From the NCBI GenBank assembly GCA_050953065.1, contig JBMNLZ010000001.1, positions 1-64,000 on the forward strand: 64,000 bases of DNA, written 5' to 3'. Position 1 is the first letter of the stretch. Every line of letters begins with the position of its first letter. A program made the translations under genes and the position numbers. This DNA comes from Bacilli bacterium. Its GTDB lineage: Bacteria; Bacillota_I; Bacilli_A; ML615J-28; CAG-698. The notes under the pieces were generated by a model. That model did no database searches. It was given only the letters and a program-made list of their open reading frames with translations, and had not been told where the DNA came from. Positions 46,938 to 57,522 of the stretch are shown piece by piece.

Positions 46938-48389
46938 ATGAAAATATCTAAGTTTGTTAGTTTTATATTTATATTTTCATTATTGTTTTTAGTTGCTTGT
47001 AAACCTTCTACTGAAAATAATAATGATAATTTAGATGATGAAAATCCAGGTGAAGAGATTCCAACAGAAGAAGATGAAACCTTAATAGCAGCAAATGCTA
47101 AGTTTTTGGAAGTTAAGACTTTATTAGATGCAAGCATTCCTAATGAACTGTATGACAATTATACTTTTAACAATTTCTATGATGATAGTGATGTTAGTGT
47201 TATATGGCTTTCTTCAAATGCACAAGCACTTACAAGAACAGGAATTGTTAATCGCCAAAGCGAAGATGTTAATGTTACAGTAACTGCTAAGTTAAAATGT
47301 TTAGGGATAGATTATACTTATACAAAGGATATCGTTGTGAAAGCACTAGAATTAAGAGATTTAAGTTTAAAAAAAGTAACATCAGCTTATCTATATACTG
47401 GGGTATATAGAAAAATTGCTGAAGAAGATTATGAAAAAATAGATATTATAAATTTATCTTTTGCTTCAATATCTAATGGTGTTATTAATACTAGTTCGAT
47501 TGCTTCAAAAATTGTTGAAGTTTCTTCTTTAAGAAATTATGGTATTCGTGTTTGTTTGTCAATTGGAGGATGGGGAGCTGATGGTTTTTCTGATGCAGTT
47601 TTAACAAAAGAAAGTAGAACAAAATTTATTACTTCAATTGTTAATGCTTTAATGCTGTATAAATTTTCTGGGGTGGACTTAGATTGGGAATATCCAACAT
47701 CTACTGCAGGTAATACCATAGTAGCTCGTCCTGAAGATAAACAAAATTTTACGCTATTTTTAAAAGAGTTAAGAGAAGCACTTGATGAGGTTAATGAAGA
47801 TTATTTGTTAACTATTGCAGTTCCAGGGACATCTTATGGAACAAAATACTATGAACTTGCAACGATTCATCAATATTTAGATTATATTAATTTAATGACT
47901 TATGACTTATTAGATTATCAAGATAATGAAACTACAAAGCATCATACAAGTTTATATAATTCTGTTAATAATACTAGTTATATTAAAGCAGGTGTGGATG
48001 CTTATAAAGCAGCAGGCATACCAAGTTCTAAATTAATTATTGGTGCTGCTTTTTATGGACATTATGGATATGTTAGTGAAAGCCCAAGTGGAAATGGTAT
48101 GGGAAAAACTACAACTACTAGTATGAGAGATGCTATAAATTATACTGAAATATATAATACATATTTATCAAACCCAGAAAATGAAGATAATGTTTATTTT
48201 GACGAAAATGCTAAGGCTACTTGGTATTACGATGGTAATATCTTTATATCATACGATGATCCAGTTTCTTTAACTTATAAATGTGAATATGTTGAAACAG
48301 AAGAATTAGCTGGTATTATGTTTTGGCAATATGGAGGAGATCAAACTGGAACATTACTTGATGCAATATACAAAGCATTTAATAAGTAA
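46938..48389 (+). CDS. GH18 chitinase-like lipoprotein
   Basis: Lipobox LVAC, acidic linker, Ig-like region, SIGGW, GVDLDWEYP (DxDxE), LMTYD, SYDD, GIMFW. Confidence 0.88.
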   Translation: MKISKFVSFIFIFSLLFLVACKPSTENNNDNLDDENPGEEIPTEEDETLIAANAKFLEVKTLLDASIPNELYDNYTFNNFYDDSDVSVIWLSSNAQALTRTGIVNRQSEDVNVTVTAKLKCLGIDYTYTKDIVVKALELRDLSLKKVTSAYLYTGVYRKIAEEDYEKIDIINLSFASISNGVINTSSIASKIVEVSSLRNYGIRVCLSIGGWGADGFSDAVLTKESRTKFITSIVNALMLYKFSGVDLDWEYPTSTAGNTIVARPEDKQNFTLFLKELREALDEVNEDYLLTIAVPGTSYGTKYYELATIHQYLDYINLMTYDLLDYQDNETTKHHTSLYNSVNNTSYIKAGVDAYKAAGIPSSKLIIGAAFYGHYGYVSESPSGNGMGKTTTTSMRDAINYTEIYNTYLSNPENEDNVYFDENAKATWYYDGNIFISYDDPVSLTYKCEYVETEELAGIMFWQYGGDQTGTLLDAIYKAFNK

Positions 48390-48466
48390 GAGGCTATATC
48401 AGTTAATATTGTTGACTTGTTTAATAAAAAGAATTATAATTAATATATATAAATAGGAGGATACAA

Positions 48467-48691
48467 ATGGTTTTTGATAGTGTTAAAAAAATAATAGCTG
48501 AAGAATTAAATATTGATGAAAGCAGTATTACTTTAGAAACTAGATTAGTTGAGGATCTAAAAGCAGATTCAATTGATTCTATTCAATTAATTATGGCTTT
48601 AGAAGAAGAATTTAATATTTCAATCAGTGATGATTCTGTTCAAGATATTAAAACTGTTGGAGATATTGTTAACATAATTAAGAAAAAATAA
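48467..48691 (+). CDS. acpP: Acyl carrier protein
   Basis: DLKADSIDS..LIMALEEEF; acidic, 74 aa. Confidence 0.93.
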   Translation: MVFDSVKKIIAEELNIDESSITLETRLVEDLKADSIDSIQLIMALEEEFNISISDDSVQDIKTVGDIVNIIKKK

Positions 48692-48728
48692 TGCCTTTTA
48701 AAGGCATTTTTATTGATTAGGTGAAATA

Positions 48729-49907
48729 ATGAAAAATCTTTTACTTAGATTATTTATTAAAGATTATAAAAATATAGAAAATCCTAAGGTGCGTCTTGCA
48801 TATGGTATTTTAAGTGGTATAGTAGGGATTGTCAGCAACTTAATTTTATTTATTATTAAAATCTTAATTGGGATTATATCTTTAAGTATTGCAATAATTG
48901 CTGATGCTATAAATAACTTATCTGATGCAGCAACTTCTATTATTACCTTAATAGGATTTAAACTTGCAAGTAAACCTGCAGATGATGAACATCCTTTTGG
49001 TCATGATAGAATAGAATATGTTGCTGGATTAATTATTTCTGTTGTTATTTTAGTAGTTGGAATTCTTTTATTTAAAACTTCGATTGAAAAAATAATTAAT
49101 CCAAAGGATTTAATTTTTAATAAATATGTTATAATAATTTTGGGTGTTTCTATATTAATAAAGATGTGGCAATCTTGGTTTTATTATAGGAATAGTAAGA
49201 TTATTAATTCTAAAACACTAAAAGCTAATGCGATTGATAGTATCAATGACTTTATTATAACTACAGTTATTTTAATTAGTTTTTTAATTAATCAATTTCT
49301 TGGAGTTAATATAGATGGATACATCGGAGTAATTATCGCTGTTGTAATTTTGATAAGTGGCATAAAATTAGTAAAAGAAACAGCTTCATCTTTAGTAGGA
49401 GAAGTTCCTAGTCAAGAAACAGTAAAACAAATTAAAGATAAAATCTTAAAAGTTGATGAAGTTTTAGGGATGCATGATTTAATAATTCATAGTTATGGAC
49501 CTTTAAAAAAATACGCTAGTGTGCATGTTGAAGTTAATAATCAAATGACGATTGAAAAAAGTCATATGATTATAGATGAGATAGAAGAATCTATAAAAAA
49601 TGATTTAAATATTGATATTGTTATTCATATTGATCCTGTAGATATTGATTGTGAAAAAAGGAATAAATATTTTAATTTAACTCAAGATGTAATTAAAGCT
49701 ATAGATGAGACTTTAGAAATTCACGATTTTAGGATTATAAAACAAAAAAACAAGGATTTAATAGTTTTTGATTTGGTTGTACCTTTCAATTATGAAAAAT
49801 CAACTGAAAAAATAAAAGAAACAATAATTAATGAAATTAACAAATTAGAAAAAAATGTAAAAGTAAAAATTGTAGTTGAAACTGAAATTATAAAAATAAT
49901 AAATTAG
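48729..49907 (+). CDS. Cation diffusion facilitator family transporter
   Basis: ADAINNLSD, PADDEHPFGH.RIEY, HDLIIHSYGP, IHIDP. Confidence 0.9.
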   Translation: MKNLLLRLFIKDYKNIENPKVRLAYGILSGIVGIVSNLILFIIKILIGIISLSIAIIADAINNLSDAATSIITLIGFKLASKPADDEHPFGHDRIEYVAGLIISVVILVVGILLFKTSIEKIINPKDLIFNKYVIIILGVSILIKMWQSWFYYRNSKIINSKTLKANAIDSINDFIITTVILISFLINQFLGVNIDGYIGVIIAVVILISGIKLVKETASSLVGEVPSQETVKQIKDKILKVDEVLGMHDLIIHSYGPLKKYASVHVEVNNQMTIEKSHMIIDEIEESIKNDLNIDIVIHIDPVDIDCEKRNKYFNLTQDVIKAIDETLEIHDFRIIKQKNKDLIVFDLVVPFNYEKSTEKIKETIINEINKLEKNVKVKIVVETEIIKIIN

Positions 49908-49916
49908 GGGGAAAAA

Positions 49917-51599
49917 ATGTATAGTTCAAATGTTTTAAAATGGAAAAGTTTTCCGGGTTTATTAAAAGAATTAAAAGATGAATTAAATAGTATGAATGAA
50001 AAAGAATTAGAAGATGCTTTTTATACTAATTTAAGTTTTGGTACTGGTGGTATGCGTGGAATTATTGGAGCAGGTACTAATAGAATGAATATTTATACGC
50101 TTAGAAGGGCTAATTATGGATATGCTAAATACATACTTAGTTTAAATGTTAAAAAACCTTCAGTTGTAATTGCTTATGATCCAAGACATAAATCTAAAGA
50201 GTTCGCTTTAGAATCAGCTAAAGTTATGGGAACTTTAGGAATAAAGGCGTATTTATTTGATAAAATTACTCCAACTCCAGAATTATCTTTTGCTGTAAGA
50301 TATTTAAAAACTACTGGTGGAATAGTTGTAACAGCTTCACACAACCCACCAATTTATAATGGGTATAAAATTTATGATAGTGATGGCTGTCAGTTAATTC
50401 CAGAATTAGCAGACCAAGTAATTGATGAGATTTCAAAAGCACCAGATGCTTTTGAAATAGTAGTAGAAGCTGAAGATGAATTAATCAAAAAAGGTATGAT
50501 TGAATATTTAGATGATAAAGTTGATTTAGCATATTTAGAGGCAGTAAAAAGTATTTCTGTATATCCTGATTTAAATAAAGATGATTTTAAAGTTGTCTTT
50601 ACTCCACTTCATGGAACTGCTGCTTATTTAGGTAAAAGATTAATGGAAGAAACGGGATATAATATTTTTTGTGTTGAAGAACAAATGATTCCTGACCCTA
50701 ACTTTACAACTGTAAAAGCTCCAAATCCAGAAGTAATAAGTGCTTTTGATTATGGGATTAAATTAGCAGAAAAAGAAGGTGCTGATTTAGTTATAGCAAC
50801 AGACCCAGATGCTGATAGACTGGGATTAGCTGTCTTGCATGAAGGAAAATATCAATTATTAACAGGTAACCAAACAGGAGCTTTAATGATTTATTATTTA
50901 GTAAATAATAAAGAGTTACCTAAAAAAGGTGTTGTTTTTAATACTATTGTTACATCGCTATTAGGTGAGGATATTGCTAAATCTAAGGGATTAGAAGTTA
51001 TTTCTACTTTAACTGGCTTTAAATTTATTGGAGAACAAGCTAAATTACTTGAAGGTACTGATAAAGAATTTTTCTTTGGATATGAAGAATCATTTGGCTA
51101 TGTTGTAAAAGATTTTGTTAGAGATAAGGATTCATTACAAGCTTTACTTTTATGCTCTGAAATGGCTTGTTTTTATAAAAATAATGGTCAAAACTTAATT
51201 GAAGTCTTAGAAGAGGTATTTTCTAAATATGGTTATTATGTTGAAGATTTAGTAAATCTTACTTTAGAAGGAAAAGATGGTGCTTTAAAAATTGATGCAA
51301 TACTTAATCATTTTAGAAAAATTGAATTAAAGTATATTCAAGGTCTTGCAGTTTTAGCTAAAGAAGATTATATGGATCAAAAAAGATATGAAAAAAATAA
51401 AGTTTTGCCGATTTCTTTACCTAAATCAAAGGTATTAAAATATTTTTTAGAAGATGGTAGTTGGTTTGTATTGCGCCCGAGTGGAACCGAACCTAAGATG
51501 AAGGTTTATATTGGAACAAAAGGTACTTCAAAAGAAGAGGCTACTAAAAAAACTGCTAAAATTAAAGAAGCTGTTTTAGCAATCGTAGAATCGGTGTAA
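49917..51599 (+). CDS. Phosphoglucomutase/phosphomannomutase
   Basis: FGTGGMRG, VTASHNP, DPDADR, GYEES.G, RPSGTEPK. Confidence 0.93.
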   Translation: MYSSNVLKWKSFPGLLKELKDELNSMNEKELEDAFYTNLSFGTGGMRGIIGAGTNRMNIYTLRRANYGYAKYILSLNVKKPSVVIAYDPRHKSKEFALESAKVMGTLGIKAYLFDKITPTPELSFAVRYLKTTGGIVVTASHNPPIYNGYKIYDSDGCQLIPELADQVIDEISKAPDAFEIVVEAEDELIKKGMIEYLDDKVDLAYLEAVKSISVYPDLNKDDFKVVFTPLHGTAAYLGKRLMEETGYNIFCVEEQMIPDPNFTTVKAPNPEVISAFDYGIKLAEKEGADLVIATDPDADRLGLAVLHEGKYQLLTGNQTGALMIYYLVNNKELPKKGVVFNTIVTSLLGEDIAKSKGLEVISTLTGFKFIGEQAKLLEGTDKEFFFGYEESFGYVVKDFVRDKDSLQALLLCSEMACFYKNNGQNLIEVLEEVFSKYGYYVEDLVNLTLEGKDGALKIDAILNHFRKIELKYIQGLAVLAKEDYMDQKRYEKNKVLPISLPKSKVLKYFLEDGSWFVLRPSGTEPKMKVYIGTKGTSKEEATKKTAKIKEAVLAIVESV

Positions 51600-51602
51600 A
51601 GT

Positions 51603-52859
51603 ATGAATCCTTTAGATAAAAGAGTTAACTATATTGAAAAGATAGTTCCAAATTCACTAACGATTTTGTTTTCTGGAACGGATCTTATAAGATCTGGAGA
51701 CCAATATTTTCCGTTTGAAGCTGATAAGAACTTTTATTATATGACTGCAATTGACCAATCTAATGTTGCTTTTGTTTTAATTAAAAAAGAAAAAGAAATA
51801 ATAGAAAAGTTATTTATCGAACGAAACGATGAAATAATGGTTAAATGGGAAGGTGCAAAGTTTACTAAAGAAGAAGCAAGTAAAATTTCTTGGATTAATG
51901 AAGTTCATTATTTAGAAGAATTTGAAAATTTTATTGAAGATTATTTAAAAATAAGTAACATTAAAACTATTTATCTTGATTTTAAAGAAAAGAAAAAGCC
52001 TGGTTATACTACAATGGCTTATGATTTTCAAAGAGAATTTGTTTTAAAACATAAGGATTCAGATATTCAAATCAAGGATTGTATGCCGATTTTTCAACAT
52101 ATTAGAATGGTTAAAGCCTCTGATGAAATTGAGCATATTAAAGAAAGCATTGAACATACTAGACTTGGTATTGAATTTATGATGGCGAATTGTAAAAAAG
52201 ATATGTATGAATATCAACTTGCGAGTTTTTTTGATTTTTCAATAATATATAATGGAAATAAAAAAGTTGCATTTCCTTCTGTTGTTGCTGGTGGTAAAAA
52301 TGCTACTGTCCTACATTATTCAAAAAAAGATGCAATACTAAATAAAAAAGATTTGGTTTTGGTTGATGTTGGTTGCCAAACTAATTATTATTGTAGTGAT
52401 ATTACTAGAACTTTTCCAGTTTCTGGTAGATTTACTAAAAGGCAGCGTGATATTTATGAGGAAGTGCTTTTAGTTAATAATATGTGTATAGCATCAGCTA
52501 TTAAAGGAACTACTTTAACTGAATTAAATAATTACGCAACAGAATTATTGATTAGAGCTTGTTATAGGTTAAAGTTAATTGCTAAGGATGAGGAAATTAG
52601 AAAATATTATTGGCATAACGTATCTCATTTTCTTGGGCTTGATACTCATGATGTAGGGTTTAAAGATATGCCTTTACAACCTGGTCATGTAATAACTATA
52701 GAACCAGGACTATATATTGAAGAAGAAAACATTGGAATTAGAATTGAAGATAATATCTTAATTACTGAAGCGGCTCCGATTAATTTGAGTGCTAATATCA
52801 TAAAAGAACCTATAGATATAATAAAATATATGAGAAGCAATAAAGATAGGCTAATTTAA
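51603..52859 (+). CDS. Xaa-Pro aminopeptidase (M24B)
   Basis: LHY, VDVG, SDITRTFP, SHFLGLDTHD, TIEPGLY, GIRIED. Confidence 0.9.
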   Translation: MNPLDKRVNYIEKIVPNSLTILFSGTDLIRSGDQYFPFEADKNFYYMTAIDQSNVAFVLIKKEKEIIEKLFIERNDEIMVKWEGAKFTKEEASKISWINEVHYLEEFENFIEDYLKISNIKTIYLDFKEKKKPGYTTMAYDFQREFVLKHKDSDIQIKDCMPIFQHIRMVKASDEIEHIKESIEHTRLGIEFMMANCKKDMYEYQLASFFDFSIIYNGNKKVAFPSVVAGGKNATVLHYSKKDAILNKKDLVLVDVGCQTNYYCSDITRTFPVSGRFTKRQRDIYEEVLLVNNMCIASAIKGTTLTELNNYATELLIRACYRLKLIAKDEEIRKYYWHNVSHFLGLDTHDVGFKDMPLQPGHVITIEPGLYIEEENIGIRIEDNILITEAAPINLSANIIKEPIDIIKYMRSNKDRLI

Positions 52860-52875
52860 TAGCCTATCTTTTATT
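52839..52875 (+). terminator. Intrinsic terminator
   Basis: AAAGATAGGCTA...TAGCCTATCTTT. Confidence 0.8.
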
Positions 52876-52980
52876 GATGATATTTCCTTAAAAACTTTTT
52901 AAAATATATAGAAAAAAATGTGGTTTTTATATTTTTTCTTTGACATTATATAAAAAAATGTTATAATGTTTTAGTATGGT

Positions 52981-53055
52981 GGCTCCATGGCCAAGTGGCT
53001 AAGGCAAGAGTCTGCAACACTCTGACCGTTGGTTCAAATCCGACTGGAGCCTCCA
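52981..53055 (+). tRNA. tRNA-Cys(GCA)
   Basis: GGCTCCA acceptor stem, AGAGT-CT-GCA-AC-ACTCT, GGTTCAAATCC, CCA; TTGACA-16-TATAAT upstream. Confidence 0.95.
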
Positions 53056-53176
53056 AACTTATCTTTTTGATTAGTAATTAATAATTGATAAAATCATTGT
53101 CTGAATTGTTTTTATTAAAAAACAATAGAAAAGATATATATAATTTGAATTTTACATATTAGTAAGGAGGGATAGT

Positions 53177-54517
53177 GTGCGTATAGACAAATTAACAATT
53201 AGAAAATTACATAATCTTTTTGATTATGATGTTAAATTTAATAAAGATCTTACAATTATTTATGGATTAAACGGAGCAGGAAAAACTACCATATTAAATA
53301 TATTGTCGTTAATATTATATGGGCAAGTTTTTAAGCTTTTTGAATATGATTTTGAAGAGATTCGCCTTTTTTATACGGATGTTGAAAGCAATAAAAAAGA
53401 TTTAATTCTAATTGTAAAAAAAGATGAAAAAATAGACTTGAAATTTGGAAAATATAACCAGACCTATGAATATTCTGAATATAGAGAAATAATTCAAGAC
53501 CCGTATATGGATGAAGTAGATATTGTGCGTTCAAGATATTCAACTGTTGAGATAGAAATATTTAAAAAATTCAAATCATTTTATTTACCTTTGAATAGAG
53601 TTGGAGTTCGCAATACATATACTAATCGCTCATTGATAAATAGAAGAATGCGTATGAACTATAGAGATGATGATATTTTGGAAAGAAATGAATTGATGCC
53701 TAAAGTCCAAGAACTCATAAAAAGATATTATATGTCTGCAATTACACAAATAAATAGAATTAACCAAGAGTTTAAAAATGATATATTAAAATCTGCTATA
53801 AATATTTCTAATGTCGATTTCCTATCTGTTTTCAGTTCCTTTCTAAAGAAGAGAGATAAAATTGATGAAATCAACAATATTAAAGAAGAGTACATAAATT
53901 TATTGATAAATACTGATGTGATTGACAAAAAAGAAAGTTCTAATTATGTTGATTTTTTTGATAATTTTATAAAAAATGTGAAGAATAGTAAGAAAGAAGA
54001 GTTTAAAAGTAAAATAGGATTAGACTTAGATCATATTTTAAAATACTATGAAATAGTAAGAATTGAAAATATTATTAAAAAATCATCTAAATATGAAGAA
54101 GAAAAAAGGAAAATCTATAAACCTCTAGCTGATTTTGTTGAGGTAATAAATGATTTTTTAGAGCAAACTGATTTTAAAAAGAATATAGAATTATCTACTA
54201 CAGGGACAATTGTTTTTAAGGATGCAAGAAAAAATGAAATTAACTTATCATATTTGTCATCAGGCGAAAAACAGCTTATAACTTTTTTTGCTAATTTATT
54301 TTTTTCTAGGGATTTAGGAGAATCGGGAATAATGCTTGTTGATGAACCAGAACTTTCATTACATTTAGTTTGGCAAAGCATGTTTGTAAAAAAGGCATTG
54401 GAATGCAATAAAAATATTCAACTAATATTAGCTACACATTCACCCGAAATTATTGGCCACTATGAAAATAAGACTTTTAAATTAGAGAGAAAAACAATAA
54501 ATGAAAACAGAACTTAA
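53177..54517 (+). CDS. ABC-type AAA_15/AAA_21 ATPase, AriA-like
   Basis: GLNGAGKT, helical insert, LSSGEKQ, LVDEPELSLH..WQ, ATHSP; no TM partner. Confidence 0.85.
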   Translation: MRIDKLTIRKLHNLFDYDVKFNKDLTIIYGLNGAGKTTILNILSLILYGQVFKLFEYDFEEIRLFYTDVESNKKDLILIVKKDEKIDLKFGKYNQTYEYSEYREIIQDPYMDEVDIVRSRYSTVEIEIFKKFKSFYLPLNRVGVRNTYTNRSLINRRMRMNYRDDDILERNELMPKVQELIKRYYMSAITQINRINQEFKNDILKSAINISNVDFLSVFSSFLKKRDKIDEINNIKEEYINLLINTDVIDKKESSNYVDFFDNFIKNVKNSKKEEFKSKIGLDLDHILKYYEIVRIENIIKKSSKYEEEKRKIYKPLADFVEVINDFLEQTDFKKNIELSTTGTIVFKDARKNEINLSYLSSGEKQLITFFANLFFSRDLGESGIMLVDEPELSLHLVWQSMFVKKALECNKNIQLILATHSPEIIGHYENKTFKLERKTINENRT

Positions 54518-55334
54518 TTATACTAAACAAGGTAAAAAAAATAGACCTTTGTTTTTTGATAATGATATTCATTTTTTTGTTGAAGACAAAGGTAAAGAAT
54601 ATCAATATGAAATTTTATTTGAAAAAATGTTTGGTAAAGATCTTGATTATAAAATCTTTGGACTCAATGGTAAACAAACAGTTTTAGAATATTTTAATGA
54701 AAAGGGAGAACGTTTTAATAAAGTAACAAATATATATATATTGGATTTAGATTTTGATGATTATTTTAGTAAAATATTGAAAAAGCGAAACATAATATAT
54801 CTTGAAAGATACAATATTGAGTCATATCTAATATGTGAAAATGCGATTTATGAATTTATAAGAGTGAAATTTGAAATGACAATCAAAAATACTAAAAAAA
54901 TTTTTGATTTTAATAAATGGTATACAGATATTCTTGATTCATATAAACAATTGTTTTATTTATATATTATTGTTCAGAAGAATAATCCTAAAATTGAAAA
55001 TGTAGGCGTGTCGATTGGTAAGAAAGTTAATAGAAAAAACGGTAGTGTTGACATTGATTACTATAATGAATATAATGAAATGGTTACGAAAACTTTTTCG
55101 AAAATAAATATTATTGATGAGATGGATTCTTTAGATGAAATTTATAAAAATAACTTACCAAAATTAGTATGTGGTAAACATATAATTCATTCTTTATATG
55201 TCTATTTATGCAGTAAAAAAAAGGGAAGTATAAAATTATATGGCACTAGCGAATTAAATATTTTCTTAATACGTAATGTTGATTCTGCTGAATTAGATTA
55301 TATAAAAAAGCGCATAATTTCAATTATAAATTAA
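54501..55334 (+). CDS. DUF4435/TOPRIM-like nuclease, AriB-like
   Basis: FFVED, NGKQTV, ILDLDFD, YNIESYL, CGKH; overlaps the ATPase stop. Confidence 0.75.
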   Translation: MKTELNYTKQGKKNRPLFFDNDIHFFVEDKGKEYQYEILFEKMFGKDLDYKIFGLNGKQTVLEYFNEKGERFNKVTNIYILDLDFDDYFSKILKKRNIIYLERYNIESYLICENAIYEFIRVKFEMTIKNTKKIFDFNKWYTDILDSYKQLFYLYIIVQKNNPKIENVGVSIGKKVNRKNGSVDIDYYNEYNEMVTKTFSKINIIDEMDSLDEIYKNNLPKLVCGKHIIHSLYVYLCSKKKGSIKLYGTSELNIFLIRNVDSAELDYIKKRIISIIN

Positions 55335-55752
55335 ATTATACTTTAATGACAATTGATGAAAAAATTGCACTTTTCTATCAGTTATAACCATATAATTTGT
55401 TATGAATATAATAAATTGAAGATTTAGACGATTATAAAAAAATCAAATATTAATAAAAAGGTATAAGCTTAAGTTGCTAAAATTTTTTAATACAATAGAT
55501 ATAGTAATATATTTAAGAACGATTACTGACTTCGATTTTCTTCTAAAATGTTTTGAAAACACCATGTTTCCCCTATGATTGACAAATGTTAGTAGTTTTA
55601 CTCTGTTGTAACGGAAAAAATAATCTCTTTATGGAAAAAAGCAATTCTAAACAAATCTTACTTTAGTAATGGTCTTATAAACCAATAAAGTAATTAATAA
55701 ATTTTATAAGTCTTAGAAAAAACGCCCCTTTGAAGAAGTTAGTGGTCAAAAA

Positions 55753-56101
55753 GGTCCTATGCAGAAGTTTGGGGTTAAAAAAACTCTATGCCAGTTGGTA
55801 TGGAGTATTTTTAATTGTGTATATAAAAAGTTATTAATTGTCACTAATTTCTCTAAAGATTCATCTTAATACAAATAAAAAGAGCTCTTTATGATATAAT
55901 TCTAGTGGTATTTTAAAATTTAGAAAGGAATTCTTTTGAAATACAATATTATAAATTAAAGATTACCTTTTTTTGTTTTTAGGGCAATGACAAAATTATA
56001 GCATAGTAAGACCTCTTTTTTAACGAAAATAAATATTTATGAAAAACATTGGGGAGACCCCAAACATCTTTACAGGTATACCGACACCCCAAACATCTTT
56101 A
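55753..56101. mobile_element. Possible decayed IS/MITE remnant
   Basis: GGTCCTATGCAGAAGTTTGGGGT (55753-75) faces two direct copies of ACCCCAAACATCTTTA (56057-72, 56086-101) in inverted orientation; internal hairpin, -10 box and an RBS followed by an aborted ORF. Confidence 0.35.
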
Positions 56102-56497
56102 TACGATCTTTCATAATTGTGAAGTGCCTTTTATTTATCTCTGAATTTTTACTGTTATTTGGTTGCTTTTATAGATTCATCTATTAATGTAATAAATAAA
56201 ACTATACTTTATCTTAGAGGAATTTAACTCCTATGAAGAAGATAGTGGTGACCACTAAGAAATTCATAGTTTGCACAAACCACTCAAATAACATAAATAT
56301 TAAATTGGTCCGTGTTTAAGGGTTTACATCACTCTAAGGATTTTTTATTATAAAGTATAATTCAATAGCGTACAAACCTATTTTTTTTTTTGAAATCGTA
56401 TAGAAGTTCAAAACAAAAAAGAATCTCTATATTAAGTTAAAGGGTTATATATTTGAAAAAATTTGATTTTGTATATGATTGAAATTTAAATAATTAG

Positions 56498-56567
56498 TTA
56501 CCGAATACATCAAAAAATAACCGATTATGTATTTTTGTTTGACTATTAAAAAAATAAAAATTATAAT
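56498..56567 (+). promoter_or_regulatory. Promoter with LytTR-type direct repeats
   Basis: ACCGAATAC-11-ACCGATTAT just upstream of TTGACT-17-TATAAT. Confidence 0.6.
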
Positions 56568-56592
56568 AACACTATAAATAAAGGAGATTCAA

Positions 56593-57045
56593 ATGTCGTT
56601 TAAATTAAAATTTATCCATGATGATAGCGTTAATGAAACAGAAGTTATCATTAAGGCCAAATCACAAACAGAAGAAGTCAATAGAATACTTGAACTCTTA
56701 GGTGGCGAGAAACTTTCTTGCCAGTTGCTTACAGACAAGGAACTTATTGACATGAAGGACATAATAATTTTATCAAAAAGTGGACGGTTTATATCTGTAA
56801 AAACTATAAATGGTGAATATGTTATAAGTGAACCGTTATATCAAATTGAAACAAAATTAAATCCAACGTGGTTTGTTAAGATTTCACAATCAGAAATTGT
56901 TAATCTTAAATATGTTAAAAAATGGAGTTTTGAAGGTGGAGGAATAATAAAAATTGAAATGATCAATGGTATTAAGTCATATACTTCAAGGCGATATACT
57001 AAAGCAATTAGAGAAATATTAAGAGGAGGTAGACCTCTAAAATGA
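56593..57045 (+). CDS. Stand-alone LytTR-family transcriptional regulator
   Basis: EVIIKA N-terminus without receiver aspartates, LYQIE..L...FVKISQSEIVNL, SRRY. Confidence 0.88.
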   Translation: MSFKLKFIHDDSVNETEVIIKAKSQTEEVNRILELLGGEKLSCQLLTDKELIDMKDIIILSKSGRFISVKTINGEYVISEPLYQIETKLNPTWFVKISQSEIVNLKYVKKWSFEGGGIIKIEMINGIKSYTSRRYTKAIREILRGGRPLK

Positions 57046-57500
57046 AAAAAAAGATAATTATAAGAATTGTTGTAGGTTTTATTGTTGGTGCTCTAATGGG
57101 CAATTTGATTACCTTGTTTGTTAATCTAGGTTATGGAGAAGAAGTAAGTATAGTCTCTCCTCATCAAGCAGAGGCTTTGGGAGTTGCATTAGCAATTACT
57201 ATTCAAACAATATTGTCAGGATTACTTGGTGTAATAGGAATTGGTGGGCTTAGTTTTTATGATATTGATTCATGGAGTTTGCTAAAAGCAACTGTAGCAC
57301 ATTCTATGACCATACTTGTTGGATTTATTGTTGTATTTACGGTGCTTCAATGGGTTCCATTTACATTTGTAAGTTGTTTGGTAATTGCAATAGTCGTTAT
57401 TGTTGTGTATGCATTAATTTGGGGAATAATGTATTTAGCATGGGAAAAAGAAGTTAAAAAAATGAATGAAGATTTAAAAATTTATAATGAAATTGAATAA
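57042..57500 (+). CDS. DUF3021-like membrane protein
   Basis: Four TM helices, WSLLKATVAH, YALIW...Y....VKKMNE; ATGA-coupled to LytTR. Confidence 0.8.
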   Translation: MKKKIIIRIVVGFIVGALMGNLITLFVNLGYGEEVSIVSPHQAEALGVALAITIQTILSGLLGVIGIGGLSFYDIDSWSLLKATVAHSMTILVGFIVVFTVLQWVPFTFVSCLVIAIVVIVVYALIWGIMYLAWEKEVKKMNEDLKIYNEIE

Positions 57501-57522
57501 AAATAATTAAATAGGAGGTAAT

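Noticed and set aside
56057-56101. CRISPR array
   Set aside because: Only two 16-bp repeats with a 13-bp spacer and no cas genes; no CRISPR array was seen anywhere in the window
36370-56600. Integrated prophage or ICE at tRNA-Leu or tRNA-Cys
   Set aside because: No integrase, phage or conjugation genes, and I found no duplicated tRNA 3' end by eye
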